Origin: Mobula hypostoma
Taxonomy: Eukaryota
Length of the DNA: 64,000 nucleotides
Assembly: GCF_963921235.1 (NCBI RefSeq)
Contig: NC_086097.1
Location: 149,360,001-149,424,000, forward strand
Direction: 5' to 3'
Each line of letters starts with the position of its first letter. Within the stretch, counting starts at the first letter, position 1. This document shows positions 1-12,296 of the stretch, one piece after another. The notes under the pieces are model-generated. The model saw nothing but the letters and a program-made list of their open reading frames with translations. It was not told the DNA's origin and searched no databases. A program made the translations under genes and the position numbers.

Positions 1-39
1 TGGGGTTTAGCTACCTGAACAAGTAACAAATAGTGAGTA

Positions 40-485
40 AGCATATTGGCCAAATCAGATTTACTCATCAGATCCAGCATCTGTATCTCATGGGCCACTA
101 CTTTCCACCCTCCAGCTTCTGCCCCTACCTTCACCCTCCTCACCCATCACCTCCCTCCTCCTGCCCTTTTCTCCTTTTCCTTGTCTGTTTCTACCAATCT
201 CACCCAGCCACCATCCCCCAACTCCACTCGTCACTCTCTCCTACTTGGCTCCACCTGCCTATTATCCCTCACTCCAGTGAGGTCCACCTACCACTAACCA
301 GCCCTTGCCTCATTCCTCTTTCTTTCATACTGGCAGTCCTTTCTGTATACTGTCAGTGCTGATGCAGGGTGTCAACCTGCAACATAACCATTCCTTTCCC
401 TCCATCTACGTTGCCTGATCTGCCGAGTTCCTTTATGGGTTTATCTTTTGTTTTGGATTCAGTATTTGCCGTCTCTTGTATCACC
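40..485 (+). mobile_element. Old Penelope-like element 3' remnant
   Basis: Pyrimidine-rich 3'UTR, degenerate hammerhead-like ctgatgcagggt..cctgcaac, and the tail gttgcctgatctgccgagttcc shared with younger copies. Confidence 0.55.
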
Positions 486-756
486 AATGGGTACTTTGTG
501 TTGTGTCAGCTGCTGTCCACAAATCAGAACCCTGTACTGAACAAAGTCATTACTTGTGAGTATTGACCACTGAAATATATAGAGGGCATCTGTTTATAGC
601 ATAGATCTTTTTTATTACATTTGTATTTAGTTAATGATTTCCTGAAGAGTGAAATTGAAAATAGAGATTTGTTAACTCTTTACAGAGTCTGCATAGATGT
701 GAAATGGACTCTTGATGTATCATAACAATTGAAAACCTAAAGTACTAGAGAAGTTT

Positions 757-1654
757 CCAGACAGCATCCATAGGAAGAAGCACAGTCGACGTTTCAGGCT
801 GAGACCCTTTGTTAGGACTAACTGAAAGAAGAGATAGTAAGAGATTTGAAAGTGGGAGGGGGAGATCCGAAATGATAGGAGAAGACAGGAGAGGGAGGGA
901 TGGAGCTTAGAGCTGGAAAGTTGGTTGGCAAAAGGGATACAAAGCTGGAGAAGGGAGAGGATCATGGGACGGGAGGCCTAGGGAGAAAGAAAGGGGGAGG
1001 GGGGTGCCAGAGGAAGATGGAGAGCAGACAAGGAGTAATTGTAAACAACAGAAATTCTGCAGATGCTGGAAATTCAAGCAACACACATCAAAGTTGCTGG
1101 TAAATGCAGCAGGCCAGGCAGCAACTCTAGGAAGAGGTACAGTCGACGTTTCAGGCCGAGACCCTTCGTCAGGAGTAATTGTGAGAGGGACAGAGAGAAT
1201 AAAAGAAAAAAATAAAAATAAATAAATTAGGGATGGGGTAAGAATGGGAGGAGGGGCATTAAAGGAAGTTAGAGAAGTCAATGTTCATGCCATCAGGTTG
1301 GAAGCTACCCAGACAGAATATAAGGTGTTGTTCCTCCATTAAACCACACTCAGGTTGGAGGAACAACACCTTATATTCCGTCTGGATAGCATCCAACCTG
1401 ATGGCATGAACATTGACTTCTGTAGCTTCCTTTAATGCCCCACCTCCCATTCTTACCCCATCCCTTATTTATTTATTTATTTCCTTTTTTTTCCCTCTCT
1501 GTTCCTCTCACAATTACTCCTTGCCTGCTCTCCATCTTCTTCTGGCGCTCCACTCTCCCTTTCTTTCTCCTTAGGCCTCCCGTCCCATGATCCTCTCCCT
1601 TCTCCAGCCTTGTATCCCTTTTGCCAATCAACTTTACAGCTCTTAGCTCCATCC
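757..1654. mobile_element. Penelope-like (Neptune-type) composite: - strand copy, nested short insertion and inverted + strand arm
   Basis: GIY-YIG C-terminus (EEQHLIF.LGS.QPDGMNIDF) present on both strands. Arms 898-1338 and 1356-1654 are reverse complements. Insertion 1043-1170 is flanked by aggagtaattgt. Confidence 0.85.
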
Positions 1655-2278
1655 ACAAACTAAAAGGATACAAATATGAGTGCAGAAATTAAAGCCATGG
1701 TTCAGGATTGATGTTTTTGTATGCCAGCAGCTTCCCACCCAGCTAGAAATCTAAAATAAAAATATAAAATACTGGAAACACTGAACAAGTCAGGTAGCAT
1801 CTGTGCAAACAGAAACAGTTAATATTTCAATCCAACACCCTCTGTCAGAAACAAAAAAACTGATAAAAACACAAATGCTGGAACTGCTTAGCTGTTGAGG
1901 CGGAAGTAAAACAGTTAACCTTTCAGACTAATAAGCTTTCATTAACAGTGAAGGAGAGTAATTGCCCTAATTTAGTACAGAAAATTAACAGAGTTGATAG
2001 CTGGATAGAGAAAATAAACTCAAAACTATACATTAATCTAGTAAGTTTAGGGAGAAGTTTGTATCTTGATGATAGAAAACTCTATAAGAGAGGTTGATCA
2101 CTAATAAAGCCAGGATGCATTAACTCCATGAAGAAAAACAGAATGGTGTAAGAAAAGATGCACAGTTGAAAACAAGTGAACTTAGAGGCTTCCTTCATTT
2201 GAATTCTCATTGTGGTTTTTAATATTTATTTTCTTACATTTTAATATGGTGCTCACTTTCTTTCTGCCCTTGACCCAG

Positions 2279-2566
2279 TAACTAATGCCAAACAAATGGA
2301 GGATCCATTAGCTCCCAAAGAAGTGGTCATAGAACTTGACTGCAACAAGTTCAAGTGCATGTTTCCCAGGTGCTTCAAGACTTTCCGTAAGGCCAAATTG
2401 CTAGATTACCACATAAAGTATTACCACAGTGCAGAGAAAGGATTTGATCCCGACATCGGATACCCGGAGAGCAGGATGCAGACTCGTGCTACCTCTGTGG
2501 GCACACTAACATCAACAGTGGACAGCCTAGCCCTGAAGAGAGGACGGCCATTGCAAACTGTAACTT
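2279..2566 (+). CDS. PHF20L1: PHF20L1 internal coding exon (first in window), C2H2 zinc finger
   Basis: Acceptor gacccag|TA and donor T|gtaagt; 288 nt, phase 1-1. Encodes TNAKQMEDPLAPKEVVIELDCNKFKCMFPRCFKTFRKAKLLDYHIKYYH..., matching the PHF20-family motif FxC..C.K.FRKAKLL.YH.KY.H. Upstream Tudor exons lie outside the window. Confidence 0.9.
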
Positions 2567-4699
2567 GTAAGTATGGATGGTTTGTTTGGATCTGTAGTGA
2601 TGATCGTGGCAGGAATCAACATAAAGAATAAATGTATAGATTTTTTTTCAAACAGTTTAGGGAAATGTTGCACCAGCTTCTCTTATGTTCATGTTATTGC
2701 TTGACCATTGCTTCCATTAAGAAGCATATACCCATGCAACATTGTCTGGTGCTGCAAAGTACTGAATCTGTCAATTTTCAAGGGTATATGAATACACAAG
2801 TAAATTTTAAAAAATACTATGGCAGATCCATTCACTCCCAAAGGAATTGTCATAGAACTTGACTCCAATATGTTCAGCTATACGTTTCCCGCAAAGAAAA
2901 AAAAATAATAGAAATGCTCAGAAGGTTAGTCAGAATCTGTGGGGGAGAGCAAGTTAACTGTAGAAGTTAAAGCCTTTTAACATAATTGGTAAAAGACAGC
3001 AGTAAAACAAGTTTTAAGATGCAGAAATAGAAACAAAAAGTGCTGAAGGAAGCAGGTTATGCGACATCTGTGGGAGAGAATTAGAGTTAACAGTCCAGGT
3101 TAATGAACCTTCATCACAATTGGAAGATGGAGAAAAGATACGTGTTTTAAATTGCAGAGAGAAAGAGATGGAGAGAATCAAGGGCTGTCTATGATAAAGT
3201 GCATACAGGTGCCGTGGCCAGGTGATCAAATTGCTGCTGGAACACACTGAGAGAGGAAGATGAATATCGGTGAATCATAGCTAATCTGTCTGGCGGAGTG
3301 TAAATAGAGGAATATGAATGAGGACTGTAGAGAGAATAAGAACAAATGCTGGAGCTATAAGATGCAGAACTCATCAGTTTTTGGGAATCTAAAGTAATAA
3401 AGAATGCTGAAAATATTCAGCATGTTAATTGTTCAGTGGTTTCACCCTCTGTCTCGATGTTCCAATCTCCCGTGATGCTTCAGTTGGCGACACTGACGAG
3501 GAATGGGGTCATCCATGAGGGCTACCGAAGGCGCATGTCTTCCAGGCCGCTCCTGGAGATCAAAAAATGGCTGGTCGGTAAGCTTGGGAGTGGGAGCTCA
3601 CCGTGAAGAACCACAGTTTGAATACAGCTGTAGATTATGGGCTCCGACAGGACCCCAACCACCTTGAAAAGGAAAGAAGAGACATTAATAAGAGGAATTT
3701 AAGCTGTTTCGTAGATGAGCTTGGAAGAAGTCGCTCTCTGGCGCCATCTTAGCTCCTTCTCCTAATGATATACATTGTATCTATGGAGAAAGTAAAACTG
3801 AATTAATGTATCATACTGGTCAATTATGACAGAGGAAACAAAAAACATGCTTCAATCTGCAGCCTGAATGTAACAGACACACTTACCCCTGACCTGGAGC
3901 AGAGGGCTGAGCATGCAGATTGTCTAAACCTAAAGACATCATATGAGTGAATGGTGAAAATGTACATTTGTGGTCACAGCTCTGTTGTACATTGAAAGTG
4001 AAAATATACTTCTGAGGTCACAGCTCTGCAATACATTGATCGTCTGCAACAGGAAGGGAAGCTATTGCTAAAACATTACTCCTGTAAAATTCGCAAGGCT
4101 CCGCAAACATTTTCAAATTTTCTCTGATATTGTGGTATTTAAAAACAATTGATGTGTAAATAATTTAAAATTTTGAATTATTTAAGGTAAAAAATAATTA
4201 CCTTATAATTTAAAACACAATTAAGAACATTAATGTAAGTAAAATAAAAAAGGAACTTATGTTTTCTAGTCTAAGCTAGATGACCAAAAATATTGAATCA
4301 GTGTTAGAATCAGAATCAAGTTTATTATCACAGGCATGTGTCGTGAAATTTGTTAACTTAGCAGCAGCAGTTCAATGCTTTACCATTTCTTTGCAAAATT
4401 TCCTTTCTTTATGAGAATTTGTAGCCGCGTTGAGAGAAATGTTTGCCATCCTCTATTTAATATCAGATCAATTGTCCAATAACAAAGGGTTATTGGTGGA
4501 AATTGAGACAGGTTGCTGTCATGGATCTTAATGTCATCAGAGTACATATGGAGTAGATGATGCACTTATTAGAGCATCAGATTAAGGAATGTTATAGATG
4601 TGGGTAAGCAGAGTAAAAATAATATATAAATCTATCTAGTTGTCTTGTGAGCAACAAGAAGACGATGGATGCTATGGTTTGCAATGCTCTCAATTGCTG

Positions 4700-5460
4700 G
4701 GATTGTCCATGATTTCTGGTCTATGGTATATTAATTGATAGCGATCAATCAGTATTACTAGACATCATCCTCATCATCAGCATTAACTTCCTCATCGTCA
4801 TTGTGATAGGGACTATGATTTATCATTGCTTCAGTAATTCCTACATTCTTAATCCCATACGGAAGCTCATTTAATTTGTTCCTGATTTGTGAGTGCAGAT
4901 AAAGAAGGCCTGATTCATCCCTCGAAATAGCACCAACTGTGCCCCATAATTGTATTCAACTGTTTCTTAACAGTATATTCTAAAACTAAAATAATGATTA
5001 TTTGAATGTGATCATTTTGCTATATGACTTTTGAATCAACGGATGTTCATTGTCTTTGACTTTCAGTTTTGCATATTCAAGGATATTGGTGATGTCTGCG
5101 AAGTGTGGTAAATTCTCAAAACTAAGGTGTTACATGCCTTCATTGAAGCATCTTGATACAGTGCTAAAAAGTGCAGGTAGAAAACTATTAATATGTTTGA
5201 TTCAGTTCAGGTCAAGTGGTTGCAAATTCCTAACCGTGGAGTGTTTAGTGGAGAAATACCTTATATATTGCTGCCTTACATTGTTGTCTTTTTTATCCTC
5301 AGCATCTTTTTTTTCAGTAAACGTAAAAGTATCCTGACTAAAAATAAGCTCCATTAGCTCCTTCTCTTTTAGTTTGTACGTTGTAGTGGGTCATATTAGC
5401 CATAACACTGTAGTGGATCTAACATGAGATTACTAATAGAGCAGACAGTTTAGCCAATGC
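4700..5460 (-). mobile_element. Decayed pogo/Tigger-like transposase remnant
   Basis: The - strand at 5208-5225 reads LQPLDL (pogo DDE motif) after a P.NT-like segment. An EKELME segment near 5350 resembles a CENP-B-type HTH. No long ORF. Confidence 0.4.
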
Positions 5461-6218
5461 TGAATCTTGTTCCTTATCACCAAAGTTTGCTCCAGTCATC
5501 TGCAGCTCCAGCCACTGCAAGCAATATTGTAGTTTCTTTAGAATTCAGTAAATGATAGTGCTTATTTATACTGAGGCAATGGAAAAAGAAATTGTTCAAC
5601 AATAGCAAGACAAGCTTTTCACTGTATCTTGGCTACATGTGATGATTATAAACCAAACCAATGCCATTCTATCACATGAAATGAGTTTATAGTGGATCAC
5701 TTTGCTCCACACCCAATTTTCTTTGCAATTATTAATTATAAGCTTATTTTACATCATCAACATTGAGCAGTTTCACCTCTTGTGTGTACTTAGGTTTCAG
5801 TTATGCCCTGCTGCACGTGATACTTTTACCTCCTCACTCTTTCTCTTCCCCCGTCACCACTCCCCTCCTACTACCACCCAACCTCATTGCCCAGAGAACC
5901 AATATATTTTCCGTTGTTATTAGGAAAAATAAATTGTTTTCTTGCTCCTATTCTAGTTTCCATTTGTTAATCTTCAAGGCTAAACTCCATCTGTGGATGA
6001 ATGGATCAGTGTCCCAGACTTGTAATGCTGATGTGAGAACAGTAGTACTTAAGTAAAAATTTCTTAATGACTTTTCCTATATTCCTAGGGAGGATGTGTG
6101 TGTCTTTGGCATAAGTAGAATTGTAAGTCATTATGTTCCACTTTAACATATGTTCAAATGGGTGACATTTTAATCTATTGCATTTAGCAGTAAAGAGACA
6201 TCACTTTGGATTTTACAG

Positions 6219-6458
6219 CTGTGCATTTTTCTAATCCCTTAGCACCACCATCCTATCTCCCTGCTTTGCAGCCAGAGAAGTCTGACGATAAGAGCCTCAA
6301 ATCTTCCGAAGTCTGCAAGAAAAAGCGATCATCTGCATCATTCGGTACAGACGAAGCAGACGCTCATCCTACGCTCTCTGTGAAGGAGAAGAACACAGAG
6401 ACCATGCCTGAGAAGATGGATCGGAGATGTGTTGACAGAGACAGAAATGCAGAAGTTG
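6219..6458 (+). CDS. PHF20L1: PHF20L1 internal coding exon (low-complexity linker)
   Basis: Acceptor ttttacag|CT and donor G|gtaaaa; 240 nt, open, phase 1-1 (VHFSNPLAPP...DRNAEV). An alternative in-frame acceptor at 6243 is possible. Confidence 0.7.
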
Positions 6459-6654
6459 GTAAAAACCATTTCTGTTATTCCATAAAAGCAGGAACAGACT
6501 TACAGTGATTAAACTTGCTTAAAATTGATAAATTTTCTCTTCTAATTCCAAATTAATTACTAACTAGAATTTTCACCATTCATCATAAACCTATACCTGG
6601 AAATTTCTTCTGGGTAACATTTACTCCTGGCACACAAAGTTGCCAACAATACGT

Positions 6655-6886
6655 TTATTTTTATTTAGATTTACAGCATAGGTAGCAGGCCCTTCTGGCC
6701 CAACAAGCCCACGTCACCTAATTACCCTACCAACCTATATGTTCTTGGGCCGTGGGAGGAAACTGGAGCACCCAAAGGAAACCCAAGCGGTCACGATGAG
6801 ACGTACGATCTCCTCACACATAGTGGCTGAATTGAACCCGGATTGCTGGCGCTGAAATAGCGTTGCACTAACCTCTACACCACCTT
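6655..6886 (-). mobile_element. V-SINE-like tRNA-derived SINE
   Basis: Reverse complement of the V-domain (gggaggaaactggagcaccc..ggaaaccc), a B-box-like attgaaccc and a LINE-like tail. Confidence 0.65.
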
Positions 6887-7944
6887 GTATTTATTTCTTG
6901 CTGCATTTATTTATTGTTTTTGAAGCACAAATAAGATGACTAAAATTGCTCCTGATCTGCAGTTCAAATTGCCTACAGTAGTGTAGGTGGAAAAGCAAAG
7001 AGATCCTAATCTTGCTGGTGTAAGTTCCCAGTACCACCGTTGTCTTGGTACCTACCGGTACGCACCATTGCGCTCAGGTGCTACAAGAAATTAAACAGAG
7101 TGATTAAGTTACTTGAGTATTCAGCAACATTGTGATTGGCCCACATTGTCTGACCAGGAATCTGATATGTTAAGCATCTGTGATGGAACAATGAGCAAGC
7201 ATCAGATTAAAAGACAGACCGATTTTGGAAATATTAACTCCCACTCAGTAAATTCATTATAAGAGATTGACTGAGCTGACATTAGTTGAGGGTGCTTGCA
7301 TGTTCAAAATATTAATTCTGAGATAGTTAATATTTTTATTTTCTGTTTTGCAGACAGGTGAAAAAGTGAATGAGCTTTTCTTTCATCTGTGGAGTACATG
7401 AAACATATACTTCCATACTTTAAGTTTAGAGATGCATTCAGAATTTTGGATCTTTAGGTTTAAGTCATTGTTTTTGTTTTAAGTTTGCTTACTTTAATTT
7501 TCTCCCTCATCTGCCAAAGTTTTATCCTAGGAGGGCAATGGCACTCTGGTAATTTACTTAAGTGGCCATTCATCTTGTGTGAGCTGTGGTAGTGAGTGCC
7601 GGCAGGCTTGGTGAATGTGATGCTGAGCAAGGGAGCTGAGGCCAATTCTGTCCTTTCCTTAAACGAACACAAGCATTTCTAGCAGACATGCTGGAGAGCA
7701 ATCATAGCTAAATTTCTTTAACATTTCTCCTCATTGTATGAGGGCTAATACAGTTCGATTGCTGCAGTAAACAGTAAATAATTAGGTGTTTGAGTAATAC
7801 TTAATGTCATTTTTCTTGCTCAGTGTTAGATGAGAAAGTGATGTTGCAATTTAATATTTTATAAGATTGTGGTAGACTAAGGGAATATTTCAGAATGCTA
7901 TAAAATGATTTTCATTCTAATAGTAACTTTTTGTAAATGTTTAA

Positions 7945-8470
7945 ATAGTTCAAAGTAAATTTCTTATCAACTCACATATATGCCTACATAAAAACCTGAG
8001 ATTTGTTTTCTTGTGGGCATACTTAATAAATCCAGGAACCATAATAGTATCAATGAAAGACTGCACCCAGCAGAGCAGACGATCAATCAGTGTGCAGAAG
8101 GCAACAAACTGCACAAATACAAAAGAGAATAAATAAATAAGCAATAAATCTCAACAACATGAGATGCAGAGTTCTTGAAAGTGAGTCCATATGTTGTGGG
8201 AACATTTCAGCGAGTGAAGTTATTCCCACTGGTTCAAGAGCCTGATGGTTGAGGGGTAGTAATTGTTCCTGAACCTGTTAGTGTGAGTCCTGAGGCTCCT
8301 GTCCCTTCTTCCTGATGGCAGCAGTGAGAAGAGAGCATGGCCTGGGTGGTGGGGATCCCTGATAATGGATGCTGCTTTCCTGTGACTGCGCTCTGTGCAG
8401 ATGTGTTCAATGGACAGGAAGACTTCACCCATGATGTCTGGGCATATCCACTACTTTTTGTAGGATTTTT
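7945..8470 (-). mobile_element. Rex/Babar-like LINE 3' fragment
   Basis: Encodes RKAASIIRDPHHPGHALFSLLPSGRR.RSLRT.TNRFRN. The same family occurs at 14230-14735 on the + strand. Confidence 0.7.
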
Positions 8471-8530
8471 GTAACTTTTTACTTTTTACTTCTTGTAACG
8501 TCTGAAGGAAGAATGTTAAACTTCCAACAG

Positions 8531-8581
8531 GAATAAAAACTGAAAAGAAGATGAAGAATGAAGAGAAGAGCTTATTGCCTG
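8531..8581 (+). CDS. PHF20L1: PHF20L1 51-nt coding exon (not in ORF track)
   Basis: Acceptor ccaacag|GA and donor G|gtaatg; phase 1-1. GIKTEKKMKNEEKSLLPG resembles human PHF20L1 GISKTEKKVKLEDKS as recalled. Confidence 0.85.
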
Positions 8582-10403
8582 GTAATGTTATATGCTAAAG
8601 TCTTTTCAAGACTGTATTGTCATCTATGTATTGTTTCTGTATGTGCTATCCAACAAGAGGTGAGACTTATAATGATTTATGAAGACCAGAAGCTTTATTC
8701 TTGGTTAATTCAATTTTCCAAAGAGGACTATGGAGCAGAGTCTTTTTTTGTGCTGGTTCTCTGGTTTAGTTTTTTTATTAAGCCATGCTTAATTTGCCTT
8801 GAAACTTTTACAAATTCGTACAAGATATAATCCTTGAAAACTGGGATAACATAAGAAAATAGCAGAAGTTTCAGATCAGATTCATCAAGAGCTGAGAAGA
8901 GGGAAAAACGGGTATTTCAATCTCCATAAAGTTTTGTCACCTGAGTTAGGTATGTGCCTAAAACAACAACGTTTCACAGGAACCTCCTGGATCTTACATT
9001 TTTGTTTCCAGTTGGGTACTCACAATCACCTGCCCCTTTTGCGTGCTTAATGTTAATTTGGCTTACTTTAACTCCTTATGAACCTAAAGGTCTGTGGAGA
9101 TTTTGGTGATGTTGGAAATATTTGCACACAAGTTCCATTTGCCTTATATGCACCTCCATGTTGTAGAAAGTTTCACTGAAGCGTATGAGAGGATGGGCCT
9201 TATACTCAACAAATCAAATGACCTCCACCTCCTGCCCCTGCTGCACCAGACTACCCTCCAATAATAAAGCTTCCTGGTAAGATGTTGGAAATTCCATAGC
9301 TCAAGAGCCAGCTCTTGATGTAAGTAGAAATGATGATGAAATAAACCAAAATGTAATAGGAATTATACTTGTATTCCTGTACATTACAGATAAATGTACA
9401 GGAACATAAACAGTGAAAAGATACCACTAACACTTTGTATCCAAAATCCTCCAAATTCACTGGAATAACAAGGAAACTAATTTTAGTACCCCTCTCAGGC
9501 CAACACCAATAGTTATACTCAGTCAGCTAAACAGGACAGGCTTCATCATTCCCAAGACCAGACTCCTGGAAAGGATGGTCTGTTCTAAGTTTTCCCATGG
9601 GAAGAGATTGCCGGGCAACAAAAGATTTAAGGATATGCTTGAGGAAATGTAATATCCCCACTGACTCCTAGGAATTTCTGCCCATGACTATTGGAAGTGA
9701 AAAATGAACTTTTAGATGGTCACTGAGAACCTCAAAGCTGTACATTGTGAGCACACAGGGGCCCTCTGTAAAGGAGAAAAGAATTTTACCATTTTACAAA
9801 CTATCCACCTGCCAACCCATTCATCCACCTGCTGTTTCATTGGTGAAAGAGTGTCCAATCCTATAATGATTCCAGCAATCATCTCAGAACACAGAGTGAA
9901 AGTGACTCCTCTTTGATTGAAAGGGGCTGCTTTAGAAAAAGAATCTTAAAGTTGAAATATAATTTACAGACCTTTCATTTCAGGCAAGCTTGTTGCATCC
10001 AATAATGAATCTAAGAGGAAAATGTCATCAAAATATCATAATTCAAAACATTCCCAATACAAAATGAGATTTTAAAAAAAGAAATTATGTTCAGACATTG
10101 ATCTGGGTCTTGAATTTTGCAAGCAGTTCAATTTTCTTCCTGACTGACCTTTACAAGTAACTATAATCACCTGTACGAGACTTTTCTACAATTTTGAAAG
10201 ACAAGTGGCCTTATGGAAGGGTTGCAAGCAGACAAAAACTACCTGTGAGTATTGTATGTAGAAATTTTGTGCTGTTTACTTTTCTCACGTGATGAGGTAA
10301 GTTAGGGAGAAAAGGAAGGGGGGATGTAGAACAGAATAATGCGTTGAATAATTGAATAATGCGTGAAAGCATAAAACAAAAATGTATTTTCATATTCCAA
10401 AAG

Positions 10404-10493
10404 GTAAAAAAGAAAGTAAAGAGTATAAAGACAAGGAGCACGATGAACTAAAACAGAAGAAAAAGAAAAAGAAGAAAAAGAAATTCAAGTATG
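10404..10493 (+). CDS. PHF20L1: PHF20L1 Lys-rich (NLS-like) exon
   Basis: Acceptor ttccaaaag|GT and donor G|gtaggg; 90 nt, phase 1-1. GKKESKEYKDKEHDELKQKKKKKKKKKFKY matches the family poly-Lys tract. Confidence 0.9.
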
Positions 10494-10789
10494 GTAGGGG
10501 AACTGGTCATATTTAACAAATGCTGTTTAAACAACTTAATTGTCTAGTGCCTTTAATAAAGTAAAGTGCTCCAAAGCAGTATTATCAAATATAAAACTGA
10601 TAATAAGCAAAAAGAAATCTCAGGGCAAAAATTAAAAGCTTCGTAAAAAACAGGCTTTAAGTATGATCAAAGGTGGAAAGGTAAAAATGAAGTAGTAAAG
10701 AAAGAGAGATAGTTGAGAACACCAATATAGTTGCTAGGAATCTATGCCTTCAGAAATTTACTGTCTCCAGTATGAAATATAAAGTTGTC

Positions 10790-11592
10790 TCAGAGTAAAG
10801 CTGGAAAGTTAGGAAGAGTGGTAGCAGATGGAATTTAATTCACATATTCTTGAGGTAATGCACATTGGGAAATCAAATTGTGATAAGACATGCAGAGTAA
10901 ATGGCAGAGCTCAGAGGTGTGATGATGCACATAGAAGTCCACAGCTCTCTGAAAGTGGCAACACAGGTTGTCAACTTAACGAAGAAGTGATTTGGTATGA
11001 TTGCCATCAGAGGCCGAGGTATTGTGTATAAGAGCTGGGTTGTCATGTTGCTGCAGTACTTTACATTGGTTAGACTGCACTTGGAATATTTGTACAGTTT
11101 TAGTCATCGCACTAGAGGAAGTATGTGATAGCAACAGAGTAAGCGCAGAAGTGATTCACGAAGATGTTGCTTGGAATAGGAGATTGTAGTTAGAAGAAGA
11201 GATTAATCTGTACAGGCACATAGGAGGCTGAGGTGTGATTTTACAGAGCTTTATAAAATTATGAGGTCCATTTCCCACAGCAGGGGAATCTGTAACTAAG
11301 GGGTACAGGTTTAAGATGAGAGGAGAAAAAAATTAAAGGAGATGTGAAAGGTGTGTTTTTTTTAAACCACACAGAGGCTGAGGGTTACCTGGAACAAGTT
11401 GCAGCAGATGATGATTGTGGCAATATTTGAAACGTGCTTGGAAGTATACTTATGTGTGAGAGGTGTAGAGGAATAGGGGCCCAATGGAGTCAAATGGAAT
11501 ACAGTAAATGTAGATGGGCATCACAATCAGCATGAACGAGGTAAGCTGATCAGGCCCTTTTCTGTGCTGAGTAATTCTATAATATGATTCTA
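10790..11592 (+). mobile_element. CR1 LINE 3' fragment (decayed)
   Basis: MEFN..C.VMH.G and RLHLEY segments plus the CR1 3' tail (ttctgtgctg..ttctat). Confidence 0.7.
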
Positions 11593-12296
11593 AGGCTCCA
11601 AGGACTGGTGGAAATTGCTAGAAAATTGTTCAGCATATTATCAAAGCTCTTGTGTTAAATTAGTCTTACTGTGATAAACTCCATTCTCTCAGTGAGAGTC
11701 CAAGATTAAATGAGATGAATCAAAACCACGGCATGGAAATGTTCGAAGAGCAGGCAAAAAGCAGTGTTTTCTTCTGTTTCTTTATTTAAACAGGTATACT
11801 TAAAGACCTTTGTAAGCAAGGTTCTGAGTTTCAATGCAAGTTTTTACTTAGCCTGAGGGCAATCATGAAAGATGCTAGTACAGAAAGTTGTTGAGGAATG
11901 AAGAGCGTGCTTTCAGCCATCTCCACTAACTGCTTGATTTGATGGAAGCAAATCAACAGAGGAGAACCCTATTGCATGATTTTAATTGTGTGATAAATTT
12001 TATTATGCATCATGATGTGGTTCCTTTTATCAATGGGAGTAATGCGTCTCCCTAATGGATATTGTTTTACACTTTTAATCTTCTAACTGATATTAAAGTG
12101 ACTGATAATTCCATATTTTGACCCTGAGTATCTCAGGAATTAGTCTCTTCATAACAAAAGGCTAAATGATCTATTCTTCTGTATTTCTGAGTCTTCACGA
12201 CCTAACATTTTTCATTCAGATTGAAATTTTGCATGTGTCCCTGAATGAACTACTTTCAGCATTATTTTTAACTTGCTGGTCTTGCTTTCCATTCAG

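Noticed and set aside
907..1281. Recurrent ORFs containing PDEGSRPETST (also 16627-16932 and 33657-33926) as a small protein family
   Set aside because: They are translations of the non-coding hammerhead and tail of the Penelope repeat.
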